DNA of 64,000 nucleotides from Candidatus Nealsonbacteria bacterium (GCA_026016225.1 CP061210.1:66000-129999); one strand, 5' to 3'; shown: positions 38,210 through 48,539, counted from the stretch's first letter. The notes: a model not told the origin generated them from the sequence alone. Made by a program: numbers and translations.

Positions 38210-38283
38210 TGGGCGATACAGGATTTGAACCTGTGACCTCCACAATGTCAGTGTGACGCGCTAACCAACTGCGCCAATCGCCC
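38210..38283 (-). tRNA. tRNA-Val(GAC)
   Basis: Acceptor gggcgat/atcgccc, anticodon loop ctgacat. Confidence 0.85.
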
Positions 38284-38305
38284 ATATTTGCCTGCGACAA
38301 ATTTG

Positions 38306-38377
38306 TGGGCGTGCGTGGATTCGAACCACGGACCTTGTCTTTATAAGAGACATGCTCCACCACTGAGCTACACGCCC
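38306..38377 (-). tRNA. tRNA-Ile(TAT)
   Basis: Acceptor gggcgtg/cacgccc, anticodon loop cttataa. Confidence 0.75.
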
Positions 38378-38408
38378 GTAATTAAATTATAAACCTCAAA
38401 CTATAAAC

Positions 38409-40304
38409 TTATAAACTTTTAACTTTTACTTTAATTGATTTTTCTTTTTTTCTGGTTGGTTTTGAAGTTTTGAATGTTTTTACCTCTTTCTTTTTAATTA
38501 ATTTTTCAAACTCCTCTTTTTCAATTGTTTCTTTCTCAATTAAGGTTTTTGCAATCTTTTCTAATAATTTTTTCTTTTTCAATAAGATTTTTTTGGCTCT
38601 TTTTTCAGCATCCTTGATAAATTTTTCTACTTCTTTATCAATTAAAGCAGCGACTTTTTCAGAATAGTTCCTTTGTTCTGAAATCTCTCTTCCTAAAAAA
38701 ATTAATTCTTCTTTTTCACCAAAAGAAACTGGCCCTAACTTAGACATTCCATATTTTTTAACCAATCTTCTAGCTAAACCAGAAGCTTTTTTTAAATCAT
38801 CGGCAGCTCCAGTTGTGATCTGGCCGAATTTTAATTTCTCAGCAACATATCCTCCAAGCAAAGTTGCCATCTCTGCTAAAAATTCTGTTTTTGTTTTAAT
38901 CCTCTTTTCCTCTTTGGGCATTTTTAAGGTATAACCAGCCGCAAATCCCCTGGCAATAATTGAAATCTTTCTAACAGGTTCTGCTTCTAAAAGAAAAGAA
39001 GAAACCAAACCATGACCTGCTTCATGAAAAGCAGCTATTTCTTTCTCCTTTTTTGATAAGATATGGCTTTTTCTCTCAGGGCCCAATAAAACTTTTTCAA
39101 TAGACTCTAAAAATTCTTCTTGAAAAATTTGGGTTTTGTTCCTTCTTGCAGCTAAAATTGCTGCTTCGTTAGCAATGTTTGCTAAATCTGCTCCAGAAAA
39201 TCCGGGAGTCCTTTCAGCAACTTCTCTCAAGCCCACATCTAAAGCTAATGGTTTTCCCCTACAATGAATTTTTAAAACTTCTTCCCTGTCATTAATATCT
39301 GGTAAGTCTAAAACTACCCTTCTATCAAATCTACCAGGACGTAAAAGTGCAGGGTCCAAAATATCAGGGCGATTGGTCGCACTGATAACTATGACATTGG
39401 TATCTCTTTCAAAACCATCCATTTCCACTAATAATTGATTTAGAGTTTGTTCCCTTTCATCATGTCCTCCACCAATTCCCGCTCCTCTCATACGACCTAC
39501 AGCGTCAAGTTCATCCAAAAACACCAAGCAAGAAGCGCTCTTTTTTGCAGTAGCAAATAAATCCCTAACTCTAGCAGCTCCTGTTCCCACAAACAACTCT
39601 ACGAAAGTGGAACCTGAAGTATGGAAAAAAGGAACATTAGCTTCCCCGGCTACTGCCCTTGCTAACAAAGTTTTTCCTACCCCGGCTGGGCCTAAGAGCA
39701 ATATTCCTCTTGGAATTCTCGCTCCCATTTTCAAATATTTTTTTGGATTTTTAAGAAAATCTACTACTTCTTTTAATTCCTCTTTTGCCTCTTTTTGACC
39801 GGCAACATCTTTAAAACTAATTTTTTCTTTTGGATGACCTTCTGCTCCAAATAATCTAGCTTTTGCCTTAGTAAAATCAAAAGCCTGCATCGCTCCACTT
39901 TTAGCTTGCCGAAAAATCATCCAAAAAAAGACACCAAAAAGTAAAACAGGAAGCACTGAGAATAAAACAGGTCCAAGCCAACTCCAATTTCCACCTCTTT
40001 CTTTTATATCAACCTTAAGTTGAACTAACTTTTCTTTCTCTACTCCATAGTTTATTAATGACTCAAACAAAGAAGCTTCTGGTTCTTTCTTGGATTTAGC
40101 TATTGTTTCATCTTTATATATTGCTTCAATCTCATCTCCAGAAACAGTAATTTTTTCAACTTTATCCTGATTAATATCTTCAATCAGTTGGGTAATTGAT
40201 AATTCTTTTATTTCTTTCAGCGGCTGGAAAAATAAACTAAAAAGGGCAGATATTGTTAGAAAAATGAATAAAATGAGTAAAAAATTTTTAACTAAAATTT
40301 TCAT
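38409..40304 (-). CDS. ftsH: ATP-dependent zinc metalloprotease FtsH
   Basis: GPAGVGKT, DELDA, the HEAGH zinc motif, and two N-terminal TM helices. Confidence 0.9.
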   Translation of the reverse strand: MKILVKNFLLILFIFLTISALFSLFFQPLKEIKELSITQLIEDINQDKVEKITVSGDEIEAIYKDETIAKSKKEPEASLFESLINYGVEKEKLVQLKVDIKERGGNWSWLGPVLFSVLPVLLFGVFFWMIFRQAKSGAMQAFDFTKAKARLFGAEGHPKEKISFKDVAGQKEAKEELKEVVDFLKNPKKYLKMGARIPRGILLLGPAGVGKTLLARAVAGEANVPFFHTSGSTFVELFVGTGAARVRDLFATAKKSASCLVFLDELDAVGRMRGAGIGGGHDEREQTLNQLLVEMDGFERDTNVIVISATNRPDILDPALLRPGRFDRRVVLDLPDINDREEVLKIHCRGKPLALDVGLREVAERTPGFSGADLANIANEAAILAARRNKTQIFQEEFLESIEKVLLGPERKSHILSKKEKEIAAFHEAGHGLVSSFLLEAEPVRKISIIARGFAAGYTLKMPKEEKRIKTKTEFLAEMATLLGGYVAEKLKFGQITTGAADDLKKASGLARRLVKKYGMSKLGPVSFGEKEELIFLGREISEQRNYSEKVAALIDKEVEKFIKDAEKRAKKILLKKKKLLEKIAKTLIEKETIEKEEFEKLIKKKEVKTFKTSKPTRKKEKSIKVKVKSL

Positions 40305-40328
40305 TTTTGCAATAAAAATTATTTAACT

Positions 40329-41426
40329 TTACTTATCCTTGATTAATTTTAAACTCATTCGATGTTCTTTCTCGTCAATTGATAAAATTTGGAATTTGTA
40401 TTTTTTCTCTATCTCTAAAACATCTACCATTTTCTCGCCTTCAAACTCAGAAACGTGACAAAGTGCTTGAATCTCTTTATCTATTTGAATGAAAGCTCCA
40501 AAAGGATTAAGTTTAGTTACCTTGCCTTTAATTATTTCGCCTTTCTTATATTTTTTCTCAATGCCTTTCCAGGGGTCTTTTTTTAAGGCTTTTAGAGATA
40601 AAGAAACCTTACCGTTAGATATATCAAGAATTTTTGCTTTTACTTTATCACCTACTTTAACAGTTTCTGCTGGGTCCTCGATGATTTTCCAATCCAACTC
40701 GGAAATATGAATTAAGCCCTCAAGCTGCTCCTTTTTGGAAGAAGCTTTCTCCTTCGCCGAGGATTTGGAGGACAAGGGAAATTTAATAAATGCTCCAAAA
40801 TTAGTAATACCAGTAATTTCTCCCTTCACAACGTCTCCTATTTTATAACTTTTCAATATTTCTTTTATCTTGTCTAAATCTTTTGCTTTCTCTGATAAAA
40901 TAATTTGTTCTTTCTCTGGGAATAAATCAAGTATCTTTACATCAAGCTCTTGACCGATGAATTCTTGAAGCTCTTTCAAAATTTTTGCTTTATCTCCTCC
41001 CTCAACTTTTGGGTAGTGCTCACTTGCTAATTGAGAAACTGGCAAAAAAGCAGAAATGCCTGAAATCTCGCTTATTAAACCGCCTTTATTTGCTCCTAAA
41101 ATTCTTATTTTTATCAATTCACCTTTCTCCTTCTTCTCTCTAAGGCTTTCAAAAGATAACTCCCTAAATGCCCCACTTACCGATAATTCAATGAATCCCT
41201 CTTCTGCATCAAGCTCGATTATCTTGCTGAAAATTTTATCACCAATTTTTAAATTTTTTAATTTTTCTTTAGCTTGATAAAACTCTCTTCCATAAATTTT
41301 TCCTGTTCCAATTGCTCCTAAATCCAAAAAAATTGAGGACCTTCCCTTACCAACAACTGTTCCTTCAATAATATCTCCGATTTTTGCCGGTTTCAAAAAA
41401 TTGTTTTTTTCTAATAATTCTTTCAT
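40329..41426 (-). CDS. S1 RNA-binding domain protein (ribosomal protein S1-like, four S1 repeats)
   Basis: Repeated G.I..G.V......G.F..L motifs. Confidence 0.7.
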   Translation of the reverse strand: MKELLEKNNFLKPAKIGDIIEGTVVGKGRSSIFLDLGAIGTGKIYGREFYQAKEKLKNLKIGDKIFSKIIELDAEEGFIELSVSGAFRELSFESLREKKEKGELIKIRILGANKGGLISEISGISAFLPVSQLASEHYPKVEGGDKAKILKELQEFIGQELDVKILDLFPEKEQIILSEKAKDLDKIKEILKSYKIGDVVKGEITGITNFGAFIKFPLSSKSSAKEKASSKKEQLEGLIHISELDWKIIEDPAETVKVGDKVKAKILDISNGKVSLSLKALKKDPWKGIEKKYKKGEIIKGKVTKLNPFGAFIQIDKEIQALCHVSEFEGEKMVDVLEIEKKYKFQILSIDEKEHRMSLKLIKDK

Positions 41427-41553
41427 ATTAATATTATCTATTAGATGCTATTTATCTTACAATGTTTCATTTAAATTTTCAACCCCATTAATGGTTGAAT
41501 TATAAGGAGATTTATGATAAGAGTAAATTATATTCTTATTCTTATTTACCCCT

Positions 41554-42207
41554 ATGCAAATTATTTGGTATGGTCATTCTTTATTTCAAATAACAACTAA
41601 TCCTGAGAGAAACAGCCAGGTAAAGATTGTAATTGACCCCTATGATAAAAGTATTGGATTAAGAGTACCGAAACTTGAAGCTGATATTGTATTAGTTACC
41701 CATCAGCATCATGACCATAATAATGTTGCAGCTGTTGCTGGAAATCCTTTTTTAATTGAAGGACCTGGAGAGTATGAGGTAAAAAATATTTTCATTCAGG
41801 GAATCTTGAGTTCTCACGATAATTCTCAAGGAAAAGAAAGAGGCACAAATACAATATATACTATTGAAAGTGAAAATATTAAGCTTTGTCATTTGGGAGA
41901 TTTTGGACAAAAAGAATTAACTGATGAGCAACTAGAAAAAATTGGTGAAGTTGATATTCTAATGGTTCCGATAGGAGGAAATTATACTCTTTCTGCAAAA
42001 GAGGCTGCTAAGATAATGTCTCAATTAGAACCGAAAATTACTATCCCAATGCACTACGCTATCCCAAAATTAAAAATTAAGTTAGATTCCTTAGATAATT
42101 TCTTAAAGGTTTTTGGGATAAAATCTTTATCCCCAATAAATAAACTTTCAATCAAGAAAAAAGATATATCAACTGACGAAGCAAAAATAATAGTTTTTAA
42201 AAAATGA
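41554..42207 (+). CDS. Metallo-beta-lactamase-fold hydrolase (UPF0173-like)
   Basis: [12 protein letters not shown] motif; 217 aa. Confidence 0.7.
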   Translation: MQIIWYGHSLFQITTNPERNSQVKIVIDPYDKSIGLRVPKLEADIVLVTHQHHDHNNVAAVAGNPFLIEGPGEYEVKNIFIQGILSSHDNSQGKERGTNTIYTIESENIKLCHLGDFGQKELTDEQLEKIGEVDILMVPIGGNYTLSAKEAAKIMSQLEPKITIPMHYAIPKLKIKLDSLDNFLKVFGIKSLSPINKLSIKKKDISTDEAKIIVFKK

Positions 42208-42692
42208 AAAAAGTAGAAAATATTATAAAACCATTTTTAAAAAAGGATATTCCCGACGTTCGCCCCGGCGATACGGTAAAGGTTTTCCAGAGAATCAAAG
42301 AGGTTCCAAAGAAGGACAAATCTTCTAAGAGAGAAAAGGGTAAAGAAAAAATCCAAATCTTCGAAGGAATAATTATTGCCAGAAAACATAAAAAAGAAAT
42401 TGGAGCTACAATCACGGTCAGGAAAGTAATCAGTGGTGTTGGGGTAGAAAGAATTTTTCCTCTTCACTTACCAACAATTAAAAAAATAGAAATAATAAGA
42501 AAAAGCAAGGTAAGGAGGGCAAAACTCTATTACCTAAGAAAAGCTAAAGGAAAAAGGGCAAGGCTAAAAAGAAAAGAATTTGCCAAAGCAATAGCAGAAG
42601 AGAAATCAAAAGAAGAAGAAATTAAAAAAGAATGTACTAAAGAAGAACCACAAGAGGAACAAGATGAAACCAAAAAGAACTCAAAAAATTAA
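42204..42692 (+). CDS. rplS: 50S ribosomal protein L19 with a K/E-rich C-terminal extension
   Basis: RPGDTVKV...ERIQIFEG-like core. A tail of about 45 extra residues overlaps the next ORF. Confidence 0.8.
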   Translation: MKKVENIIKPFLKKDIPDVRPGDTVKVFQRIKEVPKKDKSSKREKGKEKIQIFEGIIIARKHKKEIGATITVRKVISGVGVERIFPLHLPTIKKIEIIRKSKVRRAKLYYLRKAKGKRARLKRKEFAKAIAEEKSKEEEIKKECTKEEPQEEQDETKKNSKN

Positions 42693-43323
42693 ATGGTCGC
42701 CAGAACTTGCTTATGCTGTTGGACTCATTAGTGCTGATGGCTGTCTATCTATTGATAGAAGACATATAAATTTTACTTCAAAAGATATTAAACTCCTAAA
42801 GACTTTTAAGAAATGTCTTGGGTTAAGGAATAAAATAGGCCGCAAGAGTAGTGGTAAATCATCTGAAAAGAAATATTATCAAGTTCAGTTCGGAGATGTT
42901 ATTTTTTATCGTTGGCTTAATGAAATAGGCCTCACCCCACATAAAAGTAAAACTATTGGAAAGTTAAAAATTCCTAATAAATATTTTTTTGACTTTTTAA
43001 GAGGTAATTTTGATGGAGATGGATATTTCTATTCTTATTGGGATAAACGCTGGAAAAGTAGTTTTATGTTCTATACTATATTTAGTTCCGCTAGCCGAAC
43101 TTTTATCGAGTGGTTAAGAAAAAGAATAAAAACGTCACTTGAAATAAAAGGGTATATAGTTCAAAACAGAAAGGAAAATTTTTGGCAATTAAAGTATGCG
43201 AAAAGAGAATCAAGAAAATTATTATCAAAACTTTATTACTCTAATAAAATTCCCCTCTTAGAAAGAAAATATTTAAAAATAAAAAGAGCCGAGGTGGAGG
43301 AACTGGAAGACTCTCATCCTTGA
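42664..43323 (+). CDS. Free-standing LAGLIDADG homing endonuclease (double-motif)
   Basis: [15 protein letters not shown] and [12 protein letters not shown]. The last 11 codons and the stop lie inside tRNA-Leu(GAG). Confidence 0.75.
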   Translation: MKPKRTQKIKWSPELAYAVGLISADGCLSIDRRHINFTSKDIKLLKTFKKCLGLRNKIGRKSSGKSSEKKYYQVQFGDVIFYRWLNEIGLTPHKSKTIGKLKIPNKYFFDFLRGNFDGDGYFYSYWDKRWKSSFMFYTIFSSASRTFIEWLRKRIKTSLEIKGYIVQNRKENFWQLKYAKRESRKLLSKLYYSNKIPLLERKYLKIKRAEVEELEDSHP

Positions 43324-43371
43324 GGTGGATGTGTCAGCAATGACGTGCGGGTTCGACTCCCGCCCTCGGCA
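43288..43371 (+). tRNA. tRNA-Leu(GAG)
   Basis: Acceptor gccgagg/cctcggc, anticodon stem catcc/ggatg, loop ttgaggt, long variable arm, T-loop ttcgact. Confidence 0.85.
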
Positions 43372-43477
43372 CAATAAATTAGAAATTAATACGATTGCTC
43401 CGCAACCTTTAGTTAATGAGTTTATGAGAAAAGATTTTACTCATCACTCATCTACTCATCAACTAATTACCAAATAC

Positions 43478-43549
43478 GGGCAATTAGCTCAGTGGAAGAG
43501 CGCGTCGCTTACATCGACGAGGTCGCAGGTTCAAGTCCTGCATTGCCCA
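43478..43549 (+). tRNA. tRNA-Val(TAC)
   Basis: Acceptor gggcaat/attgccc, anticodon loop cttacat. Confidence 0.85.
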
Positions 43550-43562
43550 CACTATTAAAAAT

Positions 43563-44552
43563 TTATTTTAATCTTTCCAAAGCCCTCTTATATATCTTTT
43601 CATTAACCGGAGTTTTAACTCCTGTTTTTTTTCCGAGGTTGACCACAGCTCCATTATAGTAATCAATCTCATCTAAATCCTTTGGTTTTCCGCCTCTTCC
43701 TTTGCTAACAATCTTAGTAATAATGCCTCGGAAAGGTAGTAAAAAAGAAGTTGGTACTAAACCAAATAAGCTAGCGAAAAGTTTTACGGGATAACGAGGG
43801 AAATTAAGAAATTCTCCTCCAGAAAGTTTTACTGTTTTAATATATTCTCTTAAAGCTTTTACTTCTTCTTTAAATATTTCTTTGTTTTTAAATCCATCTT
43901 CGACTGAAGCTCCCCTTGAAGCTGCTGCCATACCAATTAAGTTTAAAAATAATTTTGAAAATTCTAAATTCTTGGCATCTTCTGAAGGGAATTCTTTAAT
44001 TTCAAAACCAGCTTTTTCAAAAATTTCAACAATATCTTTAATATCTTCATCATCCGAAGTTTTTGAAAGAGCAATTCTAATAGGTAAGGAATATTTAATA
44101 TAGGTTTTATTTCCTGATTCTCTTTTATCTATTGGATTAAAAAGGGCAATTCTAATTATTCTTACTTTTTCTGCCTCTTTCCCTAAAACTTGTCTGAGGG
44201 ATTCTTTTGCTTCAGAGATAGCTGCAATACCATTTTGAGAAATTAAGAGAGAGGGTGGTTTTCTTCTACATCTTGTAAAGTAATATTTTATTGGAGGAGA
44301 AACCGGATTTTTGGTTGTTAAAAAAATAGTATCTGGTTCAACTTTAGCTTTAAATTCGGTATCTTTAATAATATTTTCTTCAAAAACCTGAGGTATTTTT
44401 TTCTTCCTCTCAATAAAAAGCTTCTTCTCCTTAACCAACTTTACCTCTCTTCCTCTAGCCACCCCCAAAACATTAGCTGAATTCCTGAGTTCAAAAGCAA
44501 ACATTGTCCCGGTCCTTCCTCCAACTCCGATTATGGCAATTTTCTGTTCCAT
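43563..44552 (-). CDS. NAD(P)-binding oxidoreductase, ketopantoate reductase (ApbA/PanE)-like
   Basis: IAIIGVGGRTG Rossmann motif and a C-terminal DYYNGAVVNLGKKTGVKTPVN block. Confidence 0.5.
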   Translation of the reverse strand: MEQKIAIIGVGGRTGTMFAFELRNSANVLGVARGREVKLVKEKKLFIERKKKIPQVFEENIIKDTEFKAKVEPDTIFLTTKNPVSPPIKYYFTRCRRKPPSLLISQNGIAAISEAKESLRQVLGKEAEKVRIIRIALFNPIDKRESGNKTYIKYSLPIRIALSKTSDDEDIKDIVEIFEKAGFEIKEFPSEDAKNLEFSKLFLNLIGMAAASRGASVEDGFKNKEIFKEEVKALREYIKTVKLSGGEFLNFPRYPVKLFASLFGLVPTSFLLPFRGIITKIVSKGRGGKPKDLDEIDYYNGAVVNLGKKTGVKTPVNEKIYKRALERLK

Positions 44553-44699
44553 ATTTTATAAATATATCATTATTTAATAATTAAATGAACTCTATGAGCG
44601 AGGTGAATTGATTTAAAGTAAATTTTGTGATAAATTTAAAACGAATTTTCAAAAACTAATCCTATCCCCTAAATTATATATTCTAAATTCTGGATTTTT

Positions 44700-44785
44700 G
44701 GAGGGTTGGCAGAACGGCAATTGCGCTGGTTTCGAACACCAGTAGGAGTAATCCTTTGTAGGTTCAAATCCTACACCCTCCGCCA
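44700..44785 (+). tRNA. tRNA-Ser(CGA), CCA encoded
   Basis: Acceptor ggagggt/accctcc, anticodon loop ttcgaac, long variable arm, 3' gcca. Confidence 0.8.
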
Positions 44786-45023
44786 GTCAGAATTTTTCAA
44801 GGATTTATTCGCCTCGCGCCTCACTGCGGCTCGGCGCTCGGCCACCAATTTATACTCACTTTGAGGCAAAAAAGAAAATTGTTGATTAAGTAAAATATGG
44901 TTCGAGCCGATATTTTTTAGAAATGACGATTTAACAAAATAAACCCTTGCTTATTTTGCGGGGGGGGGAAATATAAGTAAAGGTCGCGTAAAAAATAATT
45001 AACTAATTTTTAAGAACAAAAAT

Positions 45024-46256
45024 ATGATTAACCAACAACTGCTTGATTACATCAAGCAACAATTACGACAGGGTGTAAGCAAAGAAGAAATTAAAAATTC
45101 TCTTTTAACTAATGGTCGGCAGGCAAAAGATATTGATGAAGCTTTTAATTCAATAGGACAGCTAGAGCAACCAGAATCGTATGGTGCACCAGGAACCACT
45201 TTTCCGCAATCGGACATTTCTTCTGTAAAGCCCCAAAAAAAGAAACTGGCTTTGATTATCTCTGTGATTTTGGGAGTCATTATTATAGGAGGCGGAGTAT
45301 TCGGCTATTTTTATTATTTCCAGTCACCGGAAAGAATTGTCCAGAAAATGACTGAAAAGATGACCGAAATAAAATCTCTGGAATATACAGGACAAATCAC
45401 AGTTGAAATTGAAACCAGTAATCTTCCTGCGCTTTCTCCGTTAGGAAATGGCAACCTTCAACAACCGAAAGAACCATCATCGCTCAAACAAACGGGTAAG
45501 TTTTCGATAGATTTTAGCGGTGCTTCAGATTTGCACGATTTAAATAATCCGAAGGCACTTTTCAAGTTTGATATAAACACAGATGTTTTGCCGCAAAGTT
45601 TTGGATTAGAAGTAAGAACTATTGAGAATATCACCTATTTGAGACTAAGTAATGTTCCTGATTTGGGATTTTTTGATTTATCGTTCTTAAAAAATCAATG
45701 GATAAAAGTTGATCCTGAAGCAATAAAAAAGCAATTCGGATTAGAAAAATTAGATGAACAACTTAAAGAAGTACAGAAAGAACAAGAATTATCGCCTGAG
45801 CAGATAGAACAGATAAGGGAAGTTGTTGCTTCTATAAAGATCTTCGAAATTACAGAGAAATTGCCAAGCGAAAAAATCGACGAAGCAAATACTCACCACT
45901 ATAAATTCGTAATAGACAAAGAGGGACTCATAGAGTTATTTACAGAAATAAGTAAAATAATACAGAATAAATCTCTGACCGAAAAGGAATTACAAGAATT
46001 AAACGAGTCATTACAGGCAATAGAAAGGTCCGAAGGAGAAATTTGGATCGGGAAAAAAGATTTGCTGCTCTATAAAATTCTCTTAAGTTTGAATATCAAA
46101 GAAACAGAAAAGACAAAATCTGAAGGTAAAATCACTATGACAGTCCAATTTAAAAACTATAATAAAGCTGTACAAATAGATATTCCGACATCCGTAAAAA
46201 CACTGGAAGAAATTCTGGGTGAATTGTTTGGTGGATTATTTGGCGATGGTTTATAG
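45024..46256 (+). CDS. Membrane-anchored extracytoplasmic protein of unknown function
   Basis: A short N-terminal helical domain, one TM helix (LALIISVILGVIIIGGGVFGYFYYF), then a roughly 310-aa ectodomain. Confidence 0.4.
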   Translation: MINQQLLDYIKQQLRQGVSKEEIKNSLLTNGRQAKDIDEAFNSIGQLEQPESYGAPGTTFPQSDISSVKPQKKKLALIISVILGVIIIGGGVFGYFYYFQSPERIVQKMTEKMTEIKSLEYTGQITVEIETSNLPALSPLGNGNLQQPKEPSSLKQTGKFSIDFSGASDLHDLNNPKALFKFDINTDVLPQSFGLEVRTIENITYLRLSNVPDLGFFDLSFLKNQWIKVDPEAIKKQFGLEKLDEQLKEVQKEQELSPEQIEQIREVVASIKIFEITEKLPSEKIDEANTHHYKFVIDKEGLIELFTEISKIIQNKSLTEKELQELNESLQAIERSEGEIWIGKKDLLLYKILLSLNIKETEKTKSEGKITMTVQFKNYNKAVQIDIPTSVKTLEEILGELFGGLFGDGL

Positions 46257-46419
46257 AACCTCGGACCAGGCTTTCAGTTACCGAATCAACAACCGCAACA
46301 ATTACCTGAAGGAACAATGGATTTTAATAATGAATTTTTGCCCGCCTGCCTGCCCTGCGAAGCAGGACTTGGGATGGGAAGAGACTACATTATATATAAT
46401 ATAAGTAATCTATAAGTCT

Positions 46420-46791
46420 ATGTTTAAGTTTTTAAAAAAGAAAAAAGAACCCAAGAACTTAAAAGAAATTTTATCTCAATTTAATGATATAAAGGGAAGT
46501 TTTAGTAGAATCTCCAAAAAGCTGAAAGATTTGGAGAACAAGAATAAATTTTCGATTCAAGGAATAGGTGTAGTCAGATTTAATCCTTTTAAAGAAAGCG
46601 GCGGAGACCAAAGTTTCTCAATTGCCCTTTTAGATGGCAATAAGGATGGAGTGGTCATCAGTAGTCTCTATGGGAGAGAGGGAAATAGAGTTTTTGCAAA
46701 GCCAATAAAAAATGGTAGGTCAGAATATTTACTGACCGAAGAAGAAAAAAGGGCAATAGAACAAGCAAAAAAAAATGGTAAAAACAAATAA
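46420..46791 (+). CDS. DUF4446-like protein
   Basis: GVVRFNPFKESGGDQSFSIALLD...VISSLYGRE pattern, recalled from memory. Confidence 0.5.
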   Translation: MFKFLKKKKEPKNLKEILSQFNDIKGSFSRISKKLKDLENKNKFSIQGIGVVRFNPFKESGGDQSFSIALLDGNKDGVVISSLYGREGNRVFAKPIKNGRSEYLLTEEEKRAIEQAKKNGKNK

Positions 46792-48274
46792 AAACTTAAT
46801 TAATCGTCCTCCGGTGGTGGTAGTATTAGGTCATATTGACAGCGGGAAAACAACTCTTCTTGACCAGGTCAGAAAAACAAAGGTTGCCGAAAAGGAATCC
46901 GGCGGCATTACCCAACATATCGGTGCATACCAGATTGAAAAACAAGGAAAAAAAATTACCTTTATTGATACCCCTGGTCATGAAGCTTTTTCTCAAATGA
47001 GGTCAAGAGGAGCTAAAATAGCTGATATTGCTATTCTGGTAATCGATAGCTGTAAAGGAGTGGAAAAGCAAACAGAAGAAGTTATTTCTCATATTAAAGA
47101 AGCTAAAGTTCCACCAATAGTTGCCTTTAATAAAACCGATAGACCAGAAGCTAATCCTGAAAAAGGAAAAAGAGAATTGCAAAAAGAAGGTATTTCGGTT
47201 GAATCATTAGGAGGAAAAGTGCCTTCAGTTGAAATTTCGGCAAAAACAGGACAAGGAGTCGAAGATCTTTTAGACTTAATTCTACTCATGGCAGAGATGG
47301 AAAACCTAAAAGCAGACATCTCAAAGAAAGCTACGGGAGTAATTATTGAATCTTATTTAGACAGCCAGAGAGGTCCAACAGCCACCTTAATTTTAAACGA
47401 AGGGGTATTAAGGTTAGGAGATGCTATAGCTACTCTTTCAGTATTTGGAAAAGTTAAAAGTTTAGAAGATTTTCAAGGGAAACAAATCTTTGAGGTCTTT
47501 CCGGCAGACCCTGCGGTCTTTTTGGGTTTAGAAGATGTACCAAAGGTGGGAGAAAATATTATGGTTTTCTCTAATTTAGAAGAAGCAAAAAGCTATATTC
47601 AACCTTCGCTAAAAGAAAAGGTGATACAGGAAAGATTTGAATTAAAACCTGAACAAAAAGTTCTAAACCTAATCTTAAAAACTGATGTTTTAGGGTCAAT
47701 TGAAGCAGTTAATGAAGTTTTAAAAAAACTGCCTCAAGAAAAAATTGTCTTAAGGATTTTAAAATCAGATGTTGGAGATATTAATGAAAATGACGTTAAG
47801 TTAGCAAAAAGCTCGAAGGCTCTAATTTTGGGTTTTAGAGTGAAAATAAATCCTGTTGCTAAAAAACTGCTCCAGAGAGAGGAGACTAAGGTTGATGTAA
47901 TGAACTTTGATATAATTTATGATTTGGTGGAAAGAGTTAGAAAATTTATGGAAAAGACCTTAGAGTATAAAACTATTAGAACCGACATTGGAAAGATGAA
48001 AGTTTTGGTAACCTTTTGGAGTAAAAAGAATCGCCAGATTGTTGGAGGAAGAATTATTGAAGGAGAAACAAAAAGGGGAACCTTAATTGAGGTTTTGAGA
48101 GATGAAGAATTGATTGACCGAGGGAAAATGATTAATCTTCAGAGAAATAAAAAAGATATTGAAAGTGTGGCGAAAGGTGAAGAGGCTGGAATATTATACG
48201 AAGGAAATAAAAAAATCGAAAAGGGAGATACCTTAATATTCTATACAAAAGAGAAAAAGAAAATGGAACTGTAA
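46775..48274 (+). CDS. infB: Translation initiation factor IF-2 (short form lacking the N-terminal region)
   Basis: RPPVVVVLGHIDSGKTTLLD, DTPGHEAF, NKTD. Confidence 0.85.
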   Translation: MVKTNKNLINRPPVVVVLGHIDSGKTTLLDQVRKTKVAEKESGGITQHIGAYQIEKQGKKITFIDTPGHEAFSQMRSRGAKIADIAILVIDSCKGVEKQTEEVISHIKEAKVPPIVAFNKTDRPEANPEKGKRELQKEGISVESLGGKVPSVEISAKTGQGVEDLLDLILLMAEMENLKADISKKATGVIIESYLDSQRGPTATLILNEGVLRLGDAIATLSVFGKVKSLEDFQGKQIFEVFPADPAVFLGLEDVPKVGENIMVFSNLEEAKSYIQPSLKEKVIQERFELKPEQKVLNLILKTDVLGSIEAVNEVLKKLPQEKIVLRILKSDVGDINENDVKLAKSSKALILGFRVKINPVAKKLLQREETKVDVMNFDIIYDLVERVRKFMEKTLEYKTIRTDIGKMKVLVTFWSKKNRQIVGGRIIEGETKRGTLIEVLRDEELIDRGKMINLQRNKKDIESVAKGEEAGILYEGNKKIEKGDTLIFYTKEKKKMEL

Positions 48275-48448
48275 ATCTCAAGACGTATCAAACGAGTTAA
48301 TCAATTAATAAAACGCGAGATATCTCGAATTGAGGAAATTTTAGCAGAGTTGAAAAAGAAGGGAAAATAAGGTAAAATGAAAGGACGAATAGGGCGCGGT
48401 AGCGAAGGCGGTAGTCTGCCTGCCCGCTAGTCGGCCTGAGCTGGTCAT

Positions 48449-48521
48449 GGCCACGTACCCAAGTAGGTAAGGGGGCAGTTTGCAAAACTGCTATACGTCG
48501 GTGCAAATCCGACCGTGGCCT
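48449..48521 (+). tRNA. tRNA-Cys(GCA)
   Basis: Acceptor ggccacg/cgtggcc, anticodon stem gcagt/actgc, loop ttgcaaa, discriminator T. Confidence 0.8.
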
Positions 48522-48539
48522 CAAAGCTCTGGCAGGCGG

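Noticed and set aside
37457-38245. Longer N-termini in the track for 37457-38245, 13994-14488, 48515-49237, 59754-60170, 19124-19441 and 24941-27088.
   Set aside because: The extensions read through tRNA genes, repeat elements or the neighbouring gene. Internal ATG codons give canonical N-termini, for example MFKKNKGFTLIELL for the pilin.
42197-42467. Antisense ORFs of 72 and 76 aa.
   Set aside because: They lie inside rplS on the opposite strand and have no supporting features.
43325-43558. A 77-aa ORF. The same issue applies to ORFs 38166-38363, 48297-48524, 53356-53574 and 57585-57773.
   Set aside because: Each is explained by tRNA genes or tRNA-like sequence. None has a recognisable motif or a plausible start context.
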